Part shown: positions 1 to 7,740 of the stretch, piece after piece | Position numbering within the stretch: the stretch's first letter is position 1 | Layout: each line of letters starts with the position of its first letter | From: a virus | Lineage: Duplodnaviria; Caudoviricetes | Virus record (IMG/VR): IMGVR_UViG_3300020043_006257 | Span: 1-24,615 of that record | Strand: one strand, 5' to 3' | Length of the DNA: 24,615 nucleotides | The notes under the pieces: generated by a model | Told to the model about the DNA's origin: nothing | Database searches by the model: none | The model's input: the letters and a program-made list of their open reading frames with translations, nothing else | Position numbers and translations under genes: made by a program

Positions 1-14
1 GGTTGGTTGGTCAT
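1..14 (-). CDS. 5' end of a gene running off the window (MTNQ...)
   Basis: CTT-ATG-ACC-AAC-CAA at 14..1 has the same start context as other early genes; truncated by the window edge. Confidence 0.4.
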
Positions 15-66
15 AAGAAGTGTAGGCGATTAGGGGTGTGTCAGTGCCTGAGTCAATGGCTGTTGG

Positions 67-285
67 TCAGTGTGGGTGTAGTTTGATCAGGGGATTGTTA
101 TAGTAGTGCTGCTGCACATAAAGTAGCGCCTGTGTGTCTGAGCATCTGCGCAGGCGCTTGGCTACCTTGACCATCAGCTGATAGTCATAGGCTAGCCTGC
201 CTTTGCGCTCAGTCAGGCAGCAGTCATAAGCTTGGCAGGGTGTGGTGTAGGGCTTGCCGTTGCTAGGCTTGAATACATCCACCAT
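67..285 (-). CDS. hypothetical phage protein (72 aa)
   Basis: ATG overlaps the stop of the upstream gene by 1 nt; same strand as the operon. Confidence 0.6.
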   Translation of the reverse strand: MVDVFKPSNGKPYTTPCQAYDCCLTERKGRLAYDYQLMVKVAKRLRRCSDTQALLYVQQHYYNNPLIKLHPH

Positions 286-713
286 CAGAAGGGTGGGGCT
301 TCAGCTGCCGGGGCTGTGTTCACGGCAGGGGCAAACTTGGTCACCTTGCTGATGGTGCGCGTAGTGCCGTCAGCAAAGGTCACATCCTCCTGCACAACGG
401 AAACCTTAAGCCAGAAGCCTGTAGCCTTGCTGAGATAGTCCAGCAGACCCTGCTGGGTCTTGGGCGGAAGTCCAAGCTTCTTGCCTGAGGCAGTGCTGAC
501 AAAGGCAGCAGCGCGCTTCAGCGCACCATCAGTGCTGCCAAAGAAGGTGTCATTAATCTTAAGGCTGTCTGCCGTAGTCATAAGCACCTTGATCTTAGGG
601 TCACCCTTCTGGGTCAGGCTGCAGTCTTCCGGGCGGATTTTGCAGACCCGCACAGTATAGTCACCGGGCTGGGTGATGGGAATGAGTTTGGTTTTATTAG
701 CGTCTTGGGTCAT
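285..713 (-). CDS. DUF669-like / phage single-stranded DNA-binding protein
   Basis: N-terminal PGDYTVRV motif, beta-rich body, C-terminal EAPPF tail typical of SSBs; lies in the ERF/exonuclease module. Confidence 0.6.
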   Translation of the reverse strand: MTQDANKTKLIPITQPGDYTVRVCKIRPEDCSLTQKGDPKIKVLMTTADSLKINDTFFGSTDGALKRAAAFVSTASGKKLGLPPKTQQGLLDYLSKATGFWLKVSVVQEDVTFADGTTRTISKVTKFAPAVNTAPAAEAPPF

Positions 714-718
714 AGCGG

Positions 719-961
719 TCAGTTATTGGGAAGGTTGTCTTGGTCAGGCTTGGTGTGGGCAAGCGCGCCCATCAGCGTAAAGATTTCGTCAGGGGTTTCC
801 ACAACGCACCTGACCACATTGGATGAGGCAGGGTCTGGGAAATCATCAGTGCAGCGCACATAGGTAGCCTTACCAATGCGCGTGATGCTGATGATATGCT
901 GGACACTGACCCAAGTTAATACCCCACTAAGGTTAGTGAGGCAGATGAAGATAGGGCGCAT
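719..961 (-). CDS. small FlbD-like protein
   Basis: FICLTNLSG..WVSVQHIISI..TYV..VVETPDEI resembles the FlbD-family pattern. ATG at 961 preferred; TTG at 973 is the alternative. Confidence 0.5.
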   Translation of the reverse strand: MRPIFICLTNLSGVLTWVSVQHIISITRIGKATYVRCTDDFPDPASSNVVRCVVETPDEIFTLMGALAHTKPDQDNLPNN

Positions 962-965
962 TGGG

Positions 966-1850
966 TCAGGCAAAGGTGATAGCTTCGATAGCGTCAGACT
1001 TCCAAGGCTTCAGCTGGATCACTTCCTTAGGGTAACAAGGGAAGCTGTTGAAGGCAGTGCAAGCCCGGTAGGTTTCAATCCCCTGCTGCACAAGCACACC
1101 ACCTTCAGCGATCAGCTCAGGGGACAGCTCAAAGGTCTGGGTGGCGTTGGGCTGCGCCTTTTCTACGCAGCGCATACGGAAGCCCTTAGGACGGAAACCA
1201 AACACCTGCTTAAAGACCAAGCAATAAAACGCTGCTTGGATGTGATAGCCCCTAGCATAGACTGTGCTAAGCACCTTCTTAGGGGTGATGTAGTCACCAA
1301 AGCTTTTCAGGTCTTCAATATACCCATCAGCAGTGACCATATCCAGCTGCGCCTTCAGGGGGACATCACTATAAGTGCAGGTCAGGCTCAGCTCAGTGGC
1401 AACAGGGGTGACCCCATAGTGGGCAAGCTCAGCAGCCAGCGCCTTGCCGCAGCTCACAGCCTGTTCATACTCATCTTGGTCAGCCACGATCTTCCCCGCG
1501 CTGACCTGCTCAAAGTTATCCCACCAAGCAATTGCTTCAAGCGTCTCAGGCTTGGGCTTCTTGGCAGCGCGCTGAATAGCAGTGGGCTTCTTAGGCGCGT
1601 CACCGGGTGTGCAGATCACTGAGCTGGTGCAGCGCTCAGGCTCAAGGACGAACATATGCACCAGCTTACCAACGCGCAGCGCTTCCGTTTCCTTCTGGGG
1701 CGCAAGGGTGTTGGCTAAGTAGTGACCGGGACTGACCAGCAACAGCTTCAGGCGTGTCTGGTTAAGCGCAGGCATATGCGCGTCATACTGCTCGCGCGTC
1801 CAGCCTGCAGTGGGCAGGGCTTCAATCATTTGCTTTGTTATCATAGTCAT
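966..1850 (-). CDS. PD-(D/E)XK exonuclease, RecE/exonuclease VIII-like (DUF3799-type)
   Basis: Motifs GKLVHMFVLEP, LKAQLDMV, IEDLKS, YHIQAAFY and VEK; ERF recombinase nearby. Confidence 0.85.
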   Translation of the reverse strand: MTMITKQMIEALPTAGWTREQYDAHMPALNQTRLKLLLVSPGHYLANTLAPQKETEALRVGKLVHMFVLEPERCTSSVICTPGDAPKKPTAIQRAAKKPKPETLEAIAWWDNFEQVSAGKIVADQDEYEQAVSCGKALAAELAHYGVTPVATELSLTCTYSDVPLKAQLDMVTADGYIEDLKSFGDYITPKKVLSTVYARGYHIQAAFYCLVFKQVFGFRPKGFRMRCVEKAQPNATQTFELSPELIAEGGVLVQQGIETYRACTAFNSFPCYPKEVIQLKPWKSDAIEAITFA

Positions 1851-2083
1851 TTTGTCTTGGTGGTTTTCTTGGCGGGTTTTATTTCAGGGTTAAAGGTCTG
1901 CGTGATGAAGCAGCTGTTAAGCATACTGCAGAAAGTCAGCGCGTCACAGGCTGTATCAAAGCGCAGCAGCTGACCATTGAAAGACATAAACAGGGTATTG
2001 CCGTTGCCTTGCTGGATCGTGACAAAGTGCTTGGTGGTGCCGTTGGCATCCTGACCCGCATAGGGGGTGTAGGTATGGCTCAC
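1847..2083 (-). CDS. hypothetical protein (78 aa)
   Basis: GTG start; 4-nt overlaps with both neighbouring genes. Confidence 0.65.
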   Translation of the reverse strand: MSHTYTPYAGQDANGTTKHFVTIQQGNGNTLFMSFNGQLLRFDTACDALTFCSMLNSCFITQTFNPEIKPAKKTTKTK

Positions 2084-2406
2084 TGCAGCTTTCCTTTCTG
2101 GCGCAGCTCGCGCTTGAAGTCCTGACCCTTATAGCCCAGCTGGATCAGCAGGCGGTCACGCTCAGCGCGCGCAGCGTCTAGGTCTTCCGGCAGGTTGTGC
2201 AGGGTAGTCCTGTTATTGATGCGCACCCGCAGCTTGGGCTTACCATCTACCCAAATGATATGGTGGTTGCGATTGTCCAAGCGCATAGCGCGCTCATCAG
2301 GGGTATTGTGACCGCAGCTGAGCAGGGACTTAACCTGAGCTTCAGACAGCCCAAGGGCTTCAGCGCGCTGCGCGATCACTTCCGGGGGAAGGCTTGGTAT
2401 CTTCAT
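2080..2406 (-). CDS. putative DNA-binding protein with an AP2-like C-terminal domain
   Basis: HHIIW..KPKLRVRINN..DLDAARAERDRLL fits a three-strand plus helix AP2-like pattern; the N-terminal AEALGLSEAQVKSLL is HTH-like. Confidence 0.5.
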   Translation of the reverse strand: MKIPSLPPEVIAQRAEALGLSEAQVKSLLSCGHNTPDERAMRLDNRNHHIIWVDGKPKLRVRINNRTTLHNLPEDLDAARAERDRLLIQLGYKGQDFKRELRQKGKLQ

Positions 2407-2906
2407 ACTACATCAATCCTGTAGGCTTTGTCCCAAGCTTCTATCAGCTCAGGGTAGGCGGGTGTTTCAGTCTTCACACCATCAGTGTAGCTGGTGACCT
2501 TCCACTTGGCTAGGCAGTCACGCAGCGCCTTGCCTGCATCCACCAAGGCAATCAGGTGATCATCCTTAACGCTGCGCGCTACAGCCTGCTGGCTGACATA
2601 CCACTTAAGGTCTAGGCGCACTGCCTTCAGCTCATCAAGTATGGTCTTCAGGTGACCATTAAGGCTATGGTTATCTTCCATAACCCTTGCCAGCTCAGCC
2701 TTGAGCGCGTCAGCCCGGTCACTGTAGTCACTAGCCAGCTTACCTAGGCGCAGCGTCTCATAGGCTAGCCAATCAGCTTGGGTCTTGGACTGTTCCAGCT
2801 GCTTGTGCAGGGATTGCTCACTTGCTTGGCTAGCCTTCAGGGTTTCCCACAGCACAGTAAAGGTATCCTTACTGACAAACTGCGGCGCGTTGTCTTGGTC
2901 AGGCAT
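2403..2906 (-). CDS. coiled-coil hypothetical protein
   Basis: Heptad-rich. ATG at 2906 (MPDQDN) overlaps the upstream stop and is preferred over the TTG at 2963. Confidence 0.65.
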   Translation of the reverse strand: MPDQDNAPQFVSKDTFTVLWETLKASQASEQSLHKQLEQSKTQADWLAYETLRLGKLASDYSDRADALKAELARVMEDNHSLNGHLKTILDELKAVRLDLKWYVSQQAVARSVKDDHLIALVDAGKALRDCLAKWKVTSYTDGVKTETPAYPELIEAWDKAYRIDVV

Positions 2907-3108
2907 TGGTTGCGCGCTTGGTCTGGTTGATAGCTTTACGCAGCTGTCTGCCGGAAAGCTCAAGGGTCTTGCGCACCCGGCGCTGGTGCCAGCCCTGCTG
3001 GATCAGCTGCCCTGCGGCAATACGCCTGACCTCAAGGCTAAGCCCCTGCTGAATGTCAGGGGTCAGGTATGGGCGGCAGGGATTGAGCTTGGGGTTATGC
3101 TTAGCCAT
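2899..3108 (-). CDS. small basic HTH-like protein (69 aa)
   Basis: Start re-called at ATG 3108 (MAKHNP), which overlaps the ERF stop; the segment LIQQGWHQRRVRKTLELSGRQLRK is HTH-like. Confidence 0.55.
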   Translation of the reverse strand: MAKHNPKLNPCRPYLTPDIQQGLSLEVRRIAAGQLIQQGWHQRRVRKTLELSGRQLRKAINQTKRATNA

Positions 3109-3862
3109 TGGTCTGGGACAGCTCGGTTTCAACAGCCTTGGCGAAAGCCTGACGCATAGAAGGCAAGCGCAGCTGGGACACATACTGTTCAGCTAGAGAC
3201 TCAATGGACGCGCTTTCAGCCAGCCAGCCCTTGCGCACAAGGATAGCCTTAGCTGCTTGCTTCTCAGCATCAGTGGTCAGCCAATCAAAGGTGACTTCAC
3301 GCCTGCTATCATCAGTGCGCTGCGCAGGCTGAGCTGCCGGGGCTTGGGGCTTGCCGTGAGCGTAAGCCTTCTGCTGCTTGGTCACGCTATTCCCATCGTC
3401 TTCACCTTCCTCTAAATCAGCAGCCACACCACACAGGGTAGCAAGCTGGTAGCGCTTCAGGTAGCTCATAGCTGAGCCTAGCGCCTGCAGCGTCAGTCCC
3501 TCAGACTTGATGCCAACGCTGCCAAGGTGGAAAATATGACCGCTATGGTGGATGACCTGCGCGCTGATGCTAATGCGCCCATCCTCAGTGCTTGGGATTT
3601 GCAGCACAGCCAGACCATAGCTGGCAAAGGTTGGCTTAACAATGTCCAGCAGGTCAGAAAGCGCGAAATACTTGCTGCGGAAGTGGGGATTGACGCGCAG
3701 GGCGCGCGCATTGGAACAGCCCCCAATGGCAAGCACAAGGGCTTGGCTTGGGCTGAGCGTCAGCGGGTCAGGCGTGATCTGACCCGGGCGGGTTTCGTGA
3801 TTGCCAAGCAGGATGGTATCCTGCTGCTGCGTGTCTTCAGTGTTTGTCTTGGGTTTTTTCAT
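3101..3862 (-). CDS. erf: ERF-family single-strand annealing protein
   Basis: Motifs NPHFRSKYFALSDLL, QALGSAMSYLKRYQLATLCGV and EDDGN are characteristic of ERF proteins. Confidence 0.9.
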   Translation of the reverse strand: MKKPKTNTEDTQQQDTILLGNHETRPGQITPDPLTLSPSQALVLAIGGCSNARALRVNPHFRSKYFALSDLLDIVKPTFASYGLAVLQIPSTEDGRISISAQVIHHSGHIFHLGSVGIKSEGLTLQALGSAMSYLKRYQLATLCGVAADLEEGEDDGNSVTKQQKAYAHGKPQAPAAQPAQRTDDSRREVTFDWLTTDAEKQAAKAILVRKGWLAESASIESLAEQYVSQLRLPSMRQAFAKAVETELSQTNG

Positions 3863-3885
3863 AGCGTGTATGGTGGGAAATTAAA

Positions 3886-3957
3886 AGCACCCGGTCGGAC
3901 TTGAACCGACAGCCCCCTGTTTACAAAACAGGCGCACAACCATTGTGCTACAGGTGC
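3886..3957 (-). tRNA. tRNA-Thr(UGU), CCA not encoded
   Basis: Full cloverleaf: acceptor GCACCTG/CGGGTGC, D-stem GCAC/GTGC, anticodon stem CCTGT/ACAGG with loop TT-TGT-AA, T-arm GTCGG-TTCAAGT-CCGAC. Confidence 0.93.
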
Positions 3958-3963
3958 GATTGG

Positions 3964-4209
3964 TCAAAGGGTGTCGGTATGCTTGGAAGGGGCAGCGTTG
4001 TCAATGGCGCTGAGGAAGTCAGCAACCTTGTCAGCAGTGATGCGCTTGGCTTTGCCCTTGCCCTTGCTGAGATTGTAATAGCTCACGCCATTGACGATCA
4101 CAGGCTTGAGCTTCCGGGCAAAGCTACCATCAGGCAGCAGGATGTAGCTGGTGCTGCCAATCTGGGTGTAGCTGGCGGCAGTGGGCTTGGCGGTCTTGTC
4201 TTTAGTCAT
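3964..4209 (-). CDS. small basic hypothetical protein (weakly NUMOD4-like)
   Basis: KLKP..NG..YYNL..GKAKR pattern; packed tightly into the operon. Confidence 0.55.
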   Translation of the reverse strand: MTKDKTAKPTAASYTQIGSTSYILLPDGSFARKLKPVIVNGVSYYNLSKGKGKAKRITADKVADFLSAIDNAAPSKHTDTL

Positions 4210-4212
4210 AGG

Positions 4213-4698
4213 TTAAAAGGGGAGGGGATGCTGAGACTTAAACCAATCTGCAATAAGCAGCGCGTCAGCTGTGGCTAGGGTCAGACCTTCTGCTGCAGGG
4301 TAGCGCCTGCTTGCCTCACCCTTCAGGGCTGACTTCCACTGAGCTTGGGACTTGCTGCCCTTGGGGATGCCCAAGGGGGCTTGCCACTTCTGGGGAGTCA
4401 CAAGGATCACCGGGTGCTGCCGTCCCGCGCAGTAGCCTTCCACCCAGCCTGCGGACTTACCCAGCTTGAAGGCAGCGCTGGAAGGAATGAGCCTGCCCAC
4501 AAAGGGCGGCACTTTCTCTATGACCACAGTGCAGCCAAAGGGCAGAATGTCCTGCAGCTCAGCAAGGTCTTCAGGCATCTTATGCAGGCTAACACCAATG
4601 TCATTACCTGCTAAGCTCATCACTGCCACACCACCCGACATACCCGGGTCAATGGCTGCAAAAGTGTAAGGCAGGCTTTGGATATGCGCGTTGCTCAA
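4213..4698 (-). CDS. RuvC-like Holliday junction resolvase
   Basis: Catalytic motifs AIDPG, VVIEKV and ADALLIA, plus VTPQKW; the TTG start is uncertain. Confidence 0.85.
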   Translation of the reverse strand: MSNAHIQSLPYTFAAIDPGMSGGVAVMSLAGNDIGVSLHKMPEDLAELQDILPFGCTVVIEKVPPFVGRLIPSSAAFKLGKSAGWVEGYCAGRQHPVILVTPQKWQAPLGIPKGSKSQAQWKSALKGEASRRYPAAEGLTLATADALLIADWFKSQHPLPF

Positions 4699-4716
4699 GG
4701 GTGGATGGTCTTAAGA

Positions 4717-5151
4717 TTATCTTAGGCGGGTTGCCTTGCGCTTGGTGATGCTAGGGCATCTGGCAAAGTCAAATGACCTTTGAGCGTATCCTTGGAAGCC
4801 TAGATTGTGTATGGCATACAGATCAGCTGGGGTGGGGTTGCGCCCTGTAGCTTTCCTGAAGCGCGCAGCGTTAAGCTCAAGCCAGCTGGTCAGGTAGGCG
4901 CGGGTCACGGCAAGGCTATAGGCTTGGCTGTAGGGGTAGGTCACCAACCCCCGGGAAGCGCGCCAAGCTGTAGTGTCCTGCCAGCTGGCATAGTGGAATT
5001 GAGCTGCGCCTGCGGCAGCGCCTGAGTCCCCGCGCGCCCAAGCCCTGCCGTCAGACTCAATGGCTATGATGCCACTGACCAGCTTGGGGGTCACTGCCGG
5101 GTCAGCAGCTAGGGCTGGGATTACCAGCAGCAGGCTAAGCAGGGCTTTCAT
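4717..5151 (-). CDS. secreted lysozyme-like lytic transglycosylase (candidate endolysin)
   Basis: Signal peptide MKALLSLLLVIPALA; catalytic Glu in IIAIESDG; GAAQF and YAIHNLG match SLT motifs II and III. Confidence 0.75.
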   Translation of the reverse strand: MKALLSLLLVIPALAADPAVTPKLVSGIIAIESDGRAWARGDSGAAAGAAQFHYASWQDTTAWRASRGLVTYPYSQAYSLAVTRAYLTSWLELNAARFRKATGRNPTPADLYAIHNLGFQGYAQRSFDFARCPSITKRKATRLR

Positions 5152-5471
5152 TTCTTACGCACAGGGGTCAGCGCCCCCTTGATGGTTTCCCCATTGTAAA
5201 AGGTGACATTCCAGCTGAGGCAGACAAAGCCCCCATAGGCAATATGCACATCAGTCCAAGCTTGGCTGACCCCTTCAGTAAGGCTGAGCCTTTCCCTGAG
5301 ATCAGCAGCCCACCCCTTAGCTACCTTGAGCGCGCTGCGCTCAGTGTGGTCACCATCAATCAGCCTATCATTCAGAAAATACAGCTCTTGGATGATACAA
5401 TGCACCTGCCAATTAACTTGGTCTTTAGACATAGCTTGTGGGTAGGGTGTGAATAAGTCAGGGGTTGGCAT
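5148..5471 (-). CDS. hypothetical protein
   Basis: ATGA overlap with the downstream gene; fills the gap after the ligase. Confidence 0.65.
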   Translation of the reverse strand: MPTPDLFTPYPQAMSKDQVNWQVHCIIQELYFLNDRLIDGDHTERSALKVAKGWAADLRERLSLTEGVSQAWTDVHIAYGGFVCLSWNVTFYNGETIKGALTPVRKK

Positions 5472-5480
5472 AGGCTAGCC

Positions 5481-6356
5481 TTATTTGTCCCAGCGTATGC
5501 AGACCAAGGTTGGGTGACGCAGTGACCCGGCAGGGGTCTTGCTCAGGCAGCTGACTTCAGCCAGCGCGCCAATGTATTTGGCTTGGTTGTCATAGACTTC
5601 CTGCCGCAGCTGATCCGACAGACCAGACCCAACGCGCACAGGCTTGCCGTTATAGCTGACCAGCAAGCTGCCAAGTGTGCCGTCAAGCCTGCCTGTGCCG
5701 GGGATGAAGCCAACCACCCTGCAGTCATAGGTTTCAGCTGGCTTCATCTTCAGCCAAGCCTTGCTGCGCCTGCCTTGGTGATAGCCTGCATCCACATCCT
5801 TGAGCATAATGCCTTCAAAGCCTAGGCGCAGGGCTTCCTGCAGCAGATCGTCAGCCATAAGCTCAAGGTCTGAAGTGGTCAGGGTGTCCATTACAGGGGT
5901 CATCCTGACAGCTTCCTTGGCAGTGCCGCGCATCCCTGCGTCCTTGAACATCTTTTCAAGGCAGTCCCTGCGCAGGCTGTAGGGCGCGCCTTCGCTAGCT
6001 CCCCAGCCTTCTACTTCAATCAGGTCAAACAGGGTGACGCAGGCTAGGTCAGCAGGCTCATACTTCTGGCGCAGCTTGCCAACCCCTGTAAAGAAGTCAG
6101 TGCCAGCTGTGGCTTCCCCATCCATAACCACCCTGCTGCCGATTGCCTCAGCCAGCCTGAGCAGGTCAGGAGTCAGGGCTTCCAAGCTGTGCAGCTGGTT
6201 GCCGTTGCGGGTGTGGTAGGTCACCAGCTTGGCGGCAGGGTCTGCAGTGATGATCACGCGCACACCATCAAGCTTGGGTTCAACAGCCCACACCCGGTCA
6301 GGCAGTGAGCTGAAGCTGCCAAGCTGCGCGGCAAGCATAGCCTTATTGGTAGTCAT
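5481..6356 (-). CDS. lig: ATP-dependent DNA ligase (minimal adenylation + OB-fold type)
   Basis: Motif I EPKLDGVR, III MDGE, IIIa LFD, IV EGIMLK, V WLKMK; OB fold with VGSG and SLRHP..IRWDK. Confidence 0.95.
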   Translation of the reverse strand: MTTNKAMLAAQLGSFSSLPDRVWAVEPKLDGVRVIITADPAAKLVTYHTRNGNQLHSLEALTPDLLRLAEAIGSRVVMDGEATAGTDFFTGVGKLRQKYEPADLACVTLFDLIEVEGWGASEGAPYSLRRDCLEKMFKDAGMRGTAKEAVRMTPVMDTLTTSDLELMADDLLQEALRLGFEGIMLKDVDAGYHQGRRSKAWLKMKPAETYDCRVVGFIPGTGRLDGTLGSLLVSYNGKPVRVGSGLSDQLRQEVYDNQAKYIGALAEVSCLSKTPAGSLRHPTLVCIRWDK

Positions 6357-6359
6357 AGC

Positions 6360-6530
6360 TTAGCGCTTCTTAGTGGTCAGGCTGTTGCAGGCACAAGCCA
6401 GCAGCAGGATCAGGGTGAAGCCTAGGAGCAGCAGCCCCATACCCTTGAAGTAGCTGGCTTGGTATTCAGCTAGGGTGGTCTTGGCAGGCTGGGTGGTGTG
6501 GGCTTTCGTCTTCATATTTCGGGTGGTCAT
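6360..6530 (-). CDS. small single-pass membrane protein (56 aa, below the ORF-track cutoff)
   Basis: Manual translation MTTRNMKTKAHTTQPAKTTLAEYQASYFKGMGLLLLGFTLILLLACACNSLTTKKR; fills the gap between neighbours. Confidence 0.7.
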   Translation of the reverse strand: MTTRNMKTKAHTTQPAKTTLAEYQASYFKGMGLLLLGFTLILLLACACNSLTTKKR

Positions 6531-6536
6531 AAGTGG

Positions 6537-6905
6537 TTAGTCCCAGATACCAGCAGCCTTGTCCCAATTGCCAACCTTAGTATGGCGCTTGGTAAGTCCT
6601 GTGTGGTCATAGCTGGCGCTGCGCTGGAAGGTGCGCAGGGAATGGGGGCGCACCCTATAGATGCGATCTGACAGCACCAGCTTCCAGAAGCGCAGCTGCT
6701 CAATGGTGCGCGCGCTGATCTTCAGCGCATCAAGCCAAGGCTGGGTATTAGGCTGGATGCTGGCAACCAGCTCAGCGTCCTCCAGCTTCCGGGCTTCCAG
6801 CTTGGCTACCCAGAAGGGCGCAGCGTATTCCAGCTGGGCGGGTGTCCAAGTCTTTAGGTCAGTGCGGTCAGTGGGGGCAGTGGGCTTCATAGGGCGGGTG
6901 GTCAT
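6537..6905 (-). CDS. hypothetical early protein (122 aa)
   Basis: ORF in the operon, starting with the MTTR motif. Confidence 0.7.
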   Translation of the reverse strand: MTTRPMKPTAPTDRTDLKTWTPAQLEYAAPFWVAKLEARKLEDAELVASIQPNTQPWLDALKISARTIEQLRFWKLVLSDRIYRVRPHSLRTFQRSASYDHTGLTKRHTKVGNWDKAAGIWD

Positions 6906-6914
6906 AGGTTAGGA

Positions 6915-7499
6915 TTAGCGGGTGTAAAAGGAAGGGTGCAGGTCATTCCAGAAGTAGCGACCCGCAGCAGGGTTGTGCTTGATGATCAGCTGCTGCACAG
7001 CCATAGCGCTGTCAGCTCCATCAGTCTTCACGCGCTCAGTCAGGATAGCGTCAGCTTCAGTCAGGGTGTAGCGCAGGGACTTGGCTACGGCAGCAACCTG
7101 CTTCTCAGACAAGCTGCCCCTTTCAAACAGCTTCCAGAGTATGTCAGCCCGGAAGGTGGCAGCGCTTTGGGGGTAGCCAAAGCAGTGCTTAGGGTTGAAG
7201 GACTGCACCAGCGCGATTACCAAGGGGCTGGCGGCAAGCGCGGCAAGCCTAGGCTCAGCCACTTCCTTGATGAAGCGCTGCTGCTCAAGGTGGGCTTCCC
7301 GGCGCTGCTGGTAGGCGCGCTGCTCAGCAGCCATACGCTCAGTGTCCAGCTCCCTGCCCTTGAAGCGCAGGGCATCTACGCCACAGCCAAGGTGGTTAGC
7401 AAGGCAAGTGCCGCCCCAGACCTTGCCTGCGTAAAGGTGTGAATACTTCAGCGCCTGACCGCAGCAGCTGCAAATGCCTGTGACTTCTTCAGGGTTCAT
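6915..7499 (-). CDS. hypothetical early protein with N-terminal Cys cluster (possible Zn-binding)
   Basis: CSCCGQALK...WGGTC at the N-terminus; LSEKQ motif later in the protein. Confidence 0.7.
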   Translation of the reverse strand: MNPEEVTGICSCCGQALKYSHLYAGKVWGGTCLANHLGCGVDALRFKGRELDTERMAAEQRAYQQRREAHLEQQRFIKEVAEPRLAALAASPLVIALVQSFNPKHCFGYPQSAATFRADILWKLFERGSLSEKQVAAVAKSLRYTLTEADAILTERVKTDGADSAMAVQQLIIKHNPAAGRYFWNDLHPSFYTR

Positions 7500-7513
7500 A
7501 GGTGGTGATCTGA

Positions 7514-7678
7514 TTAGGAGTTAAGCCAAGCCATAGCAGACTGCTTGTGCGCGCAGTATTCAGCGCTGCCAAGCTGGTTGCCTTCAGCGTCTAGGTGCTG
7601 CAGTATCCAGCTGCGCACACTGCGGTCATACCAAGCGCGCTTAGCGCGGTCAGGGCTGTAGTAGTTTCGGGTGGTCAT
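7514..7678 (-). CDS. small early protein (54 aa, below the ORF-track cutoff)
   Basis: Manual translation MTTRNYYSPDRAKRAWYDRSVRSWILQHLDAEGNQLGSAEYCAHKQSAMAWLNS; first gene after the predicted promoter. Confidence 0.7.
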   Translation of the reverse strand: MTTRNYYSPDRAKRAWYDRSVRSWILQHLDAEGNQLGSAEYCAHKQSAMAWLNS

Positions 7679-7687
7679 AGGTCACCC

Positions 7688-7715
7688 AGCCTGCCCCTGA
7701 TCTGCCTGCCGTCAA
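7688..7715 (-). promoter_or_regulatory. putative sigma70-type early promoter
   Basis: TTGACG-16 nt-CAGGCT, ending 9 nt before the ATG at 7678; the -10 match is weak. Confidence 0.5.
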
Positions 7716-7722
7716 GCCCTTT

Positions 7723-7740
7723 GCTTAAAGCCCTTTAAGC
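7723..7740. repeat. perfect inverted repeat GCTTAAAG-CC-CTTTAAGC (operator-like)
   Basis: 8-bp arms with a 2-nt spacer, just upstream of the -35 box. Confidence 0.6.

Larger units (their letters stand above)
6520..7679 (-). repeat. 12-bp start-associated direct repeat TATGACCACCCG, three copies
   Basis: Exact copies at 6520-6531, 6895-6906 and 7668-7679, each covering a start codon; two copies extend to 15 bp. Confidence 0.8.

Noticed and set aside
2907-3183. Longer starts for ORFs 2403-2963 and 2899-3183
   Set aside because: They overlap upstream genes extensively; ATGs at 2906 and 3108 give typical coupled junctions.
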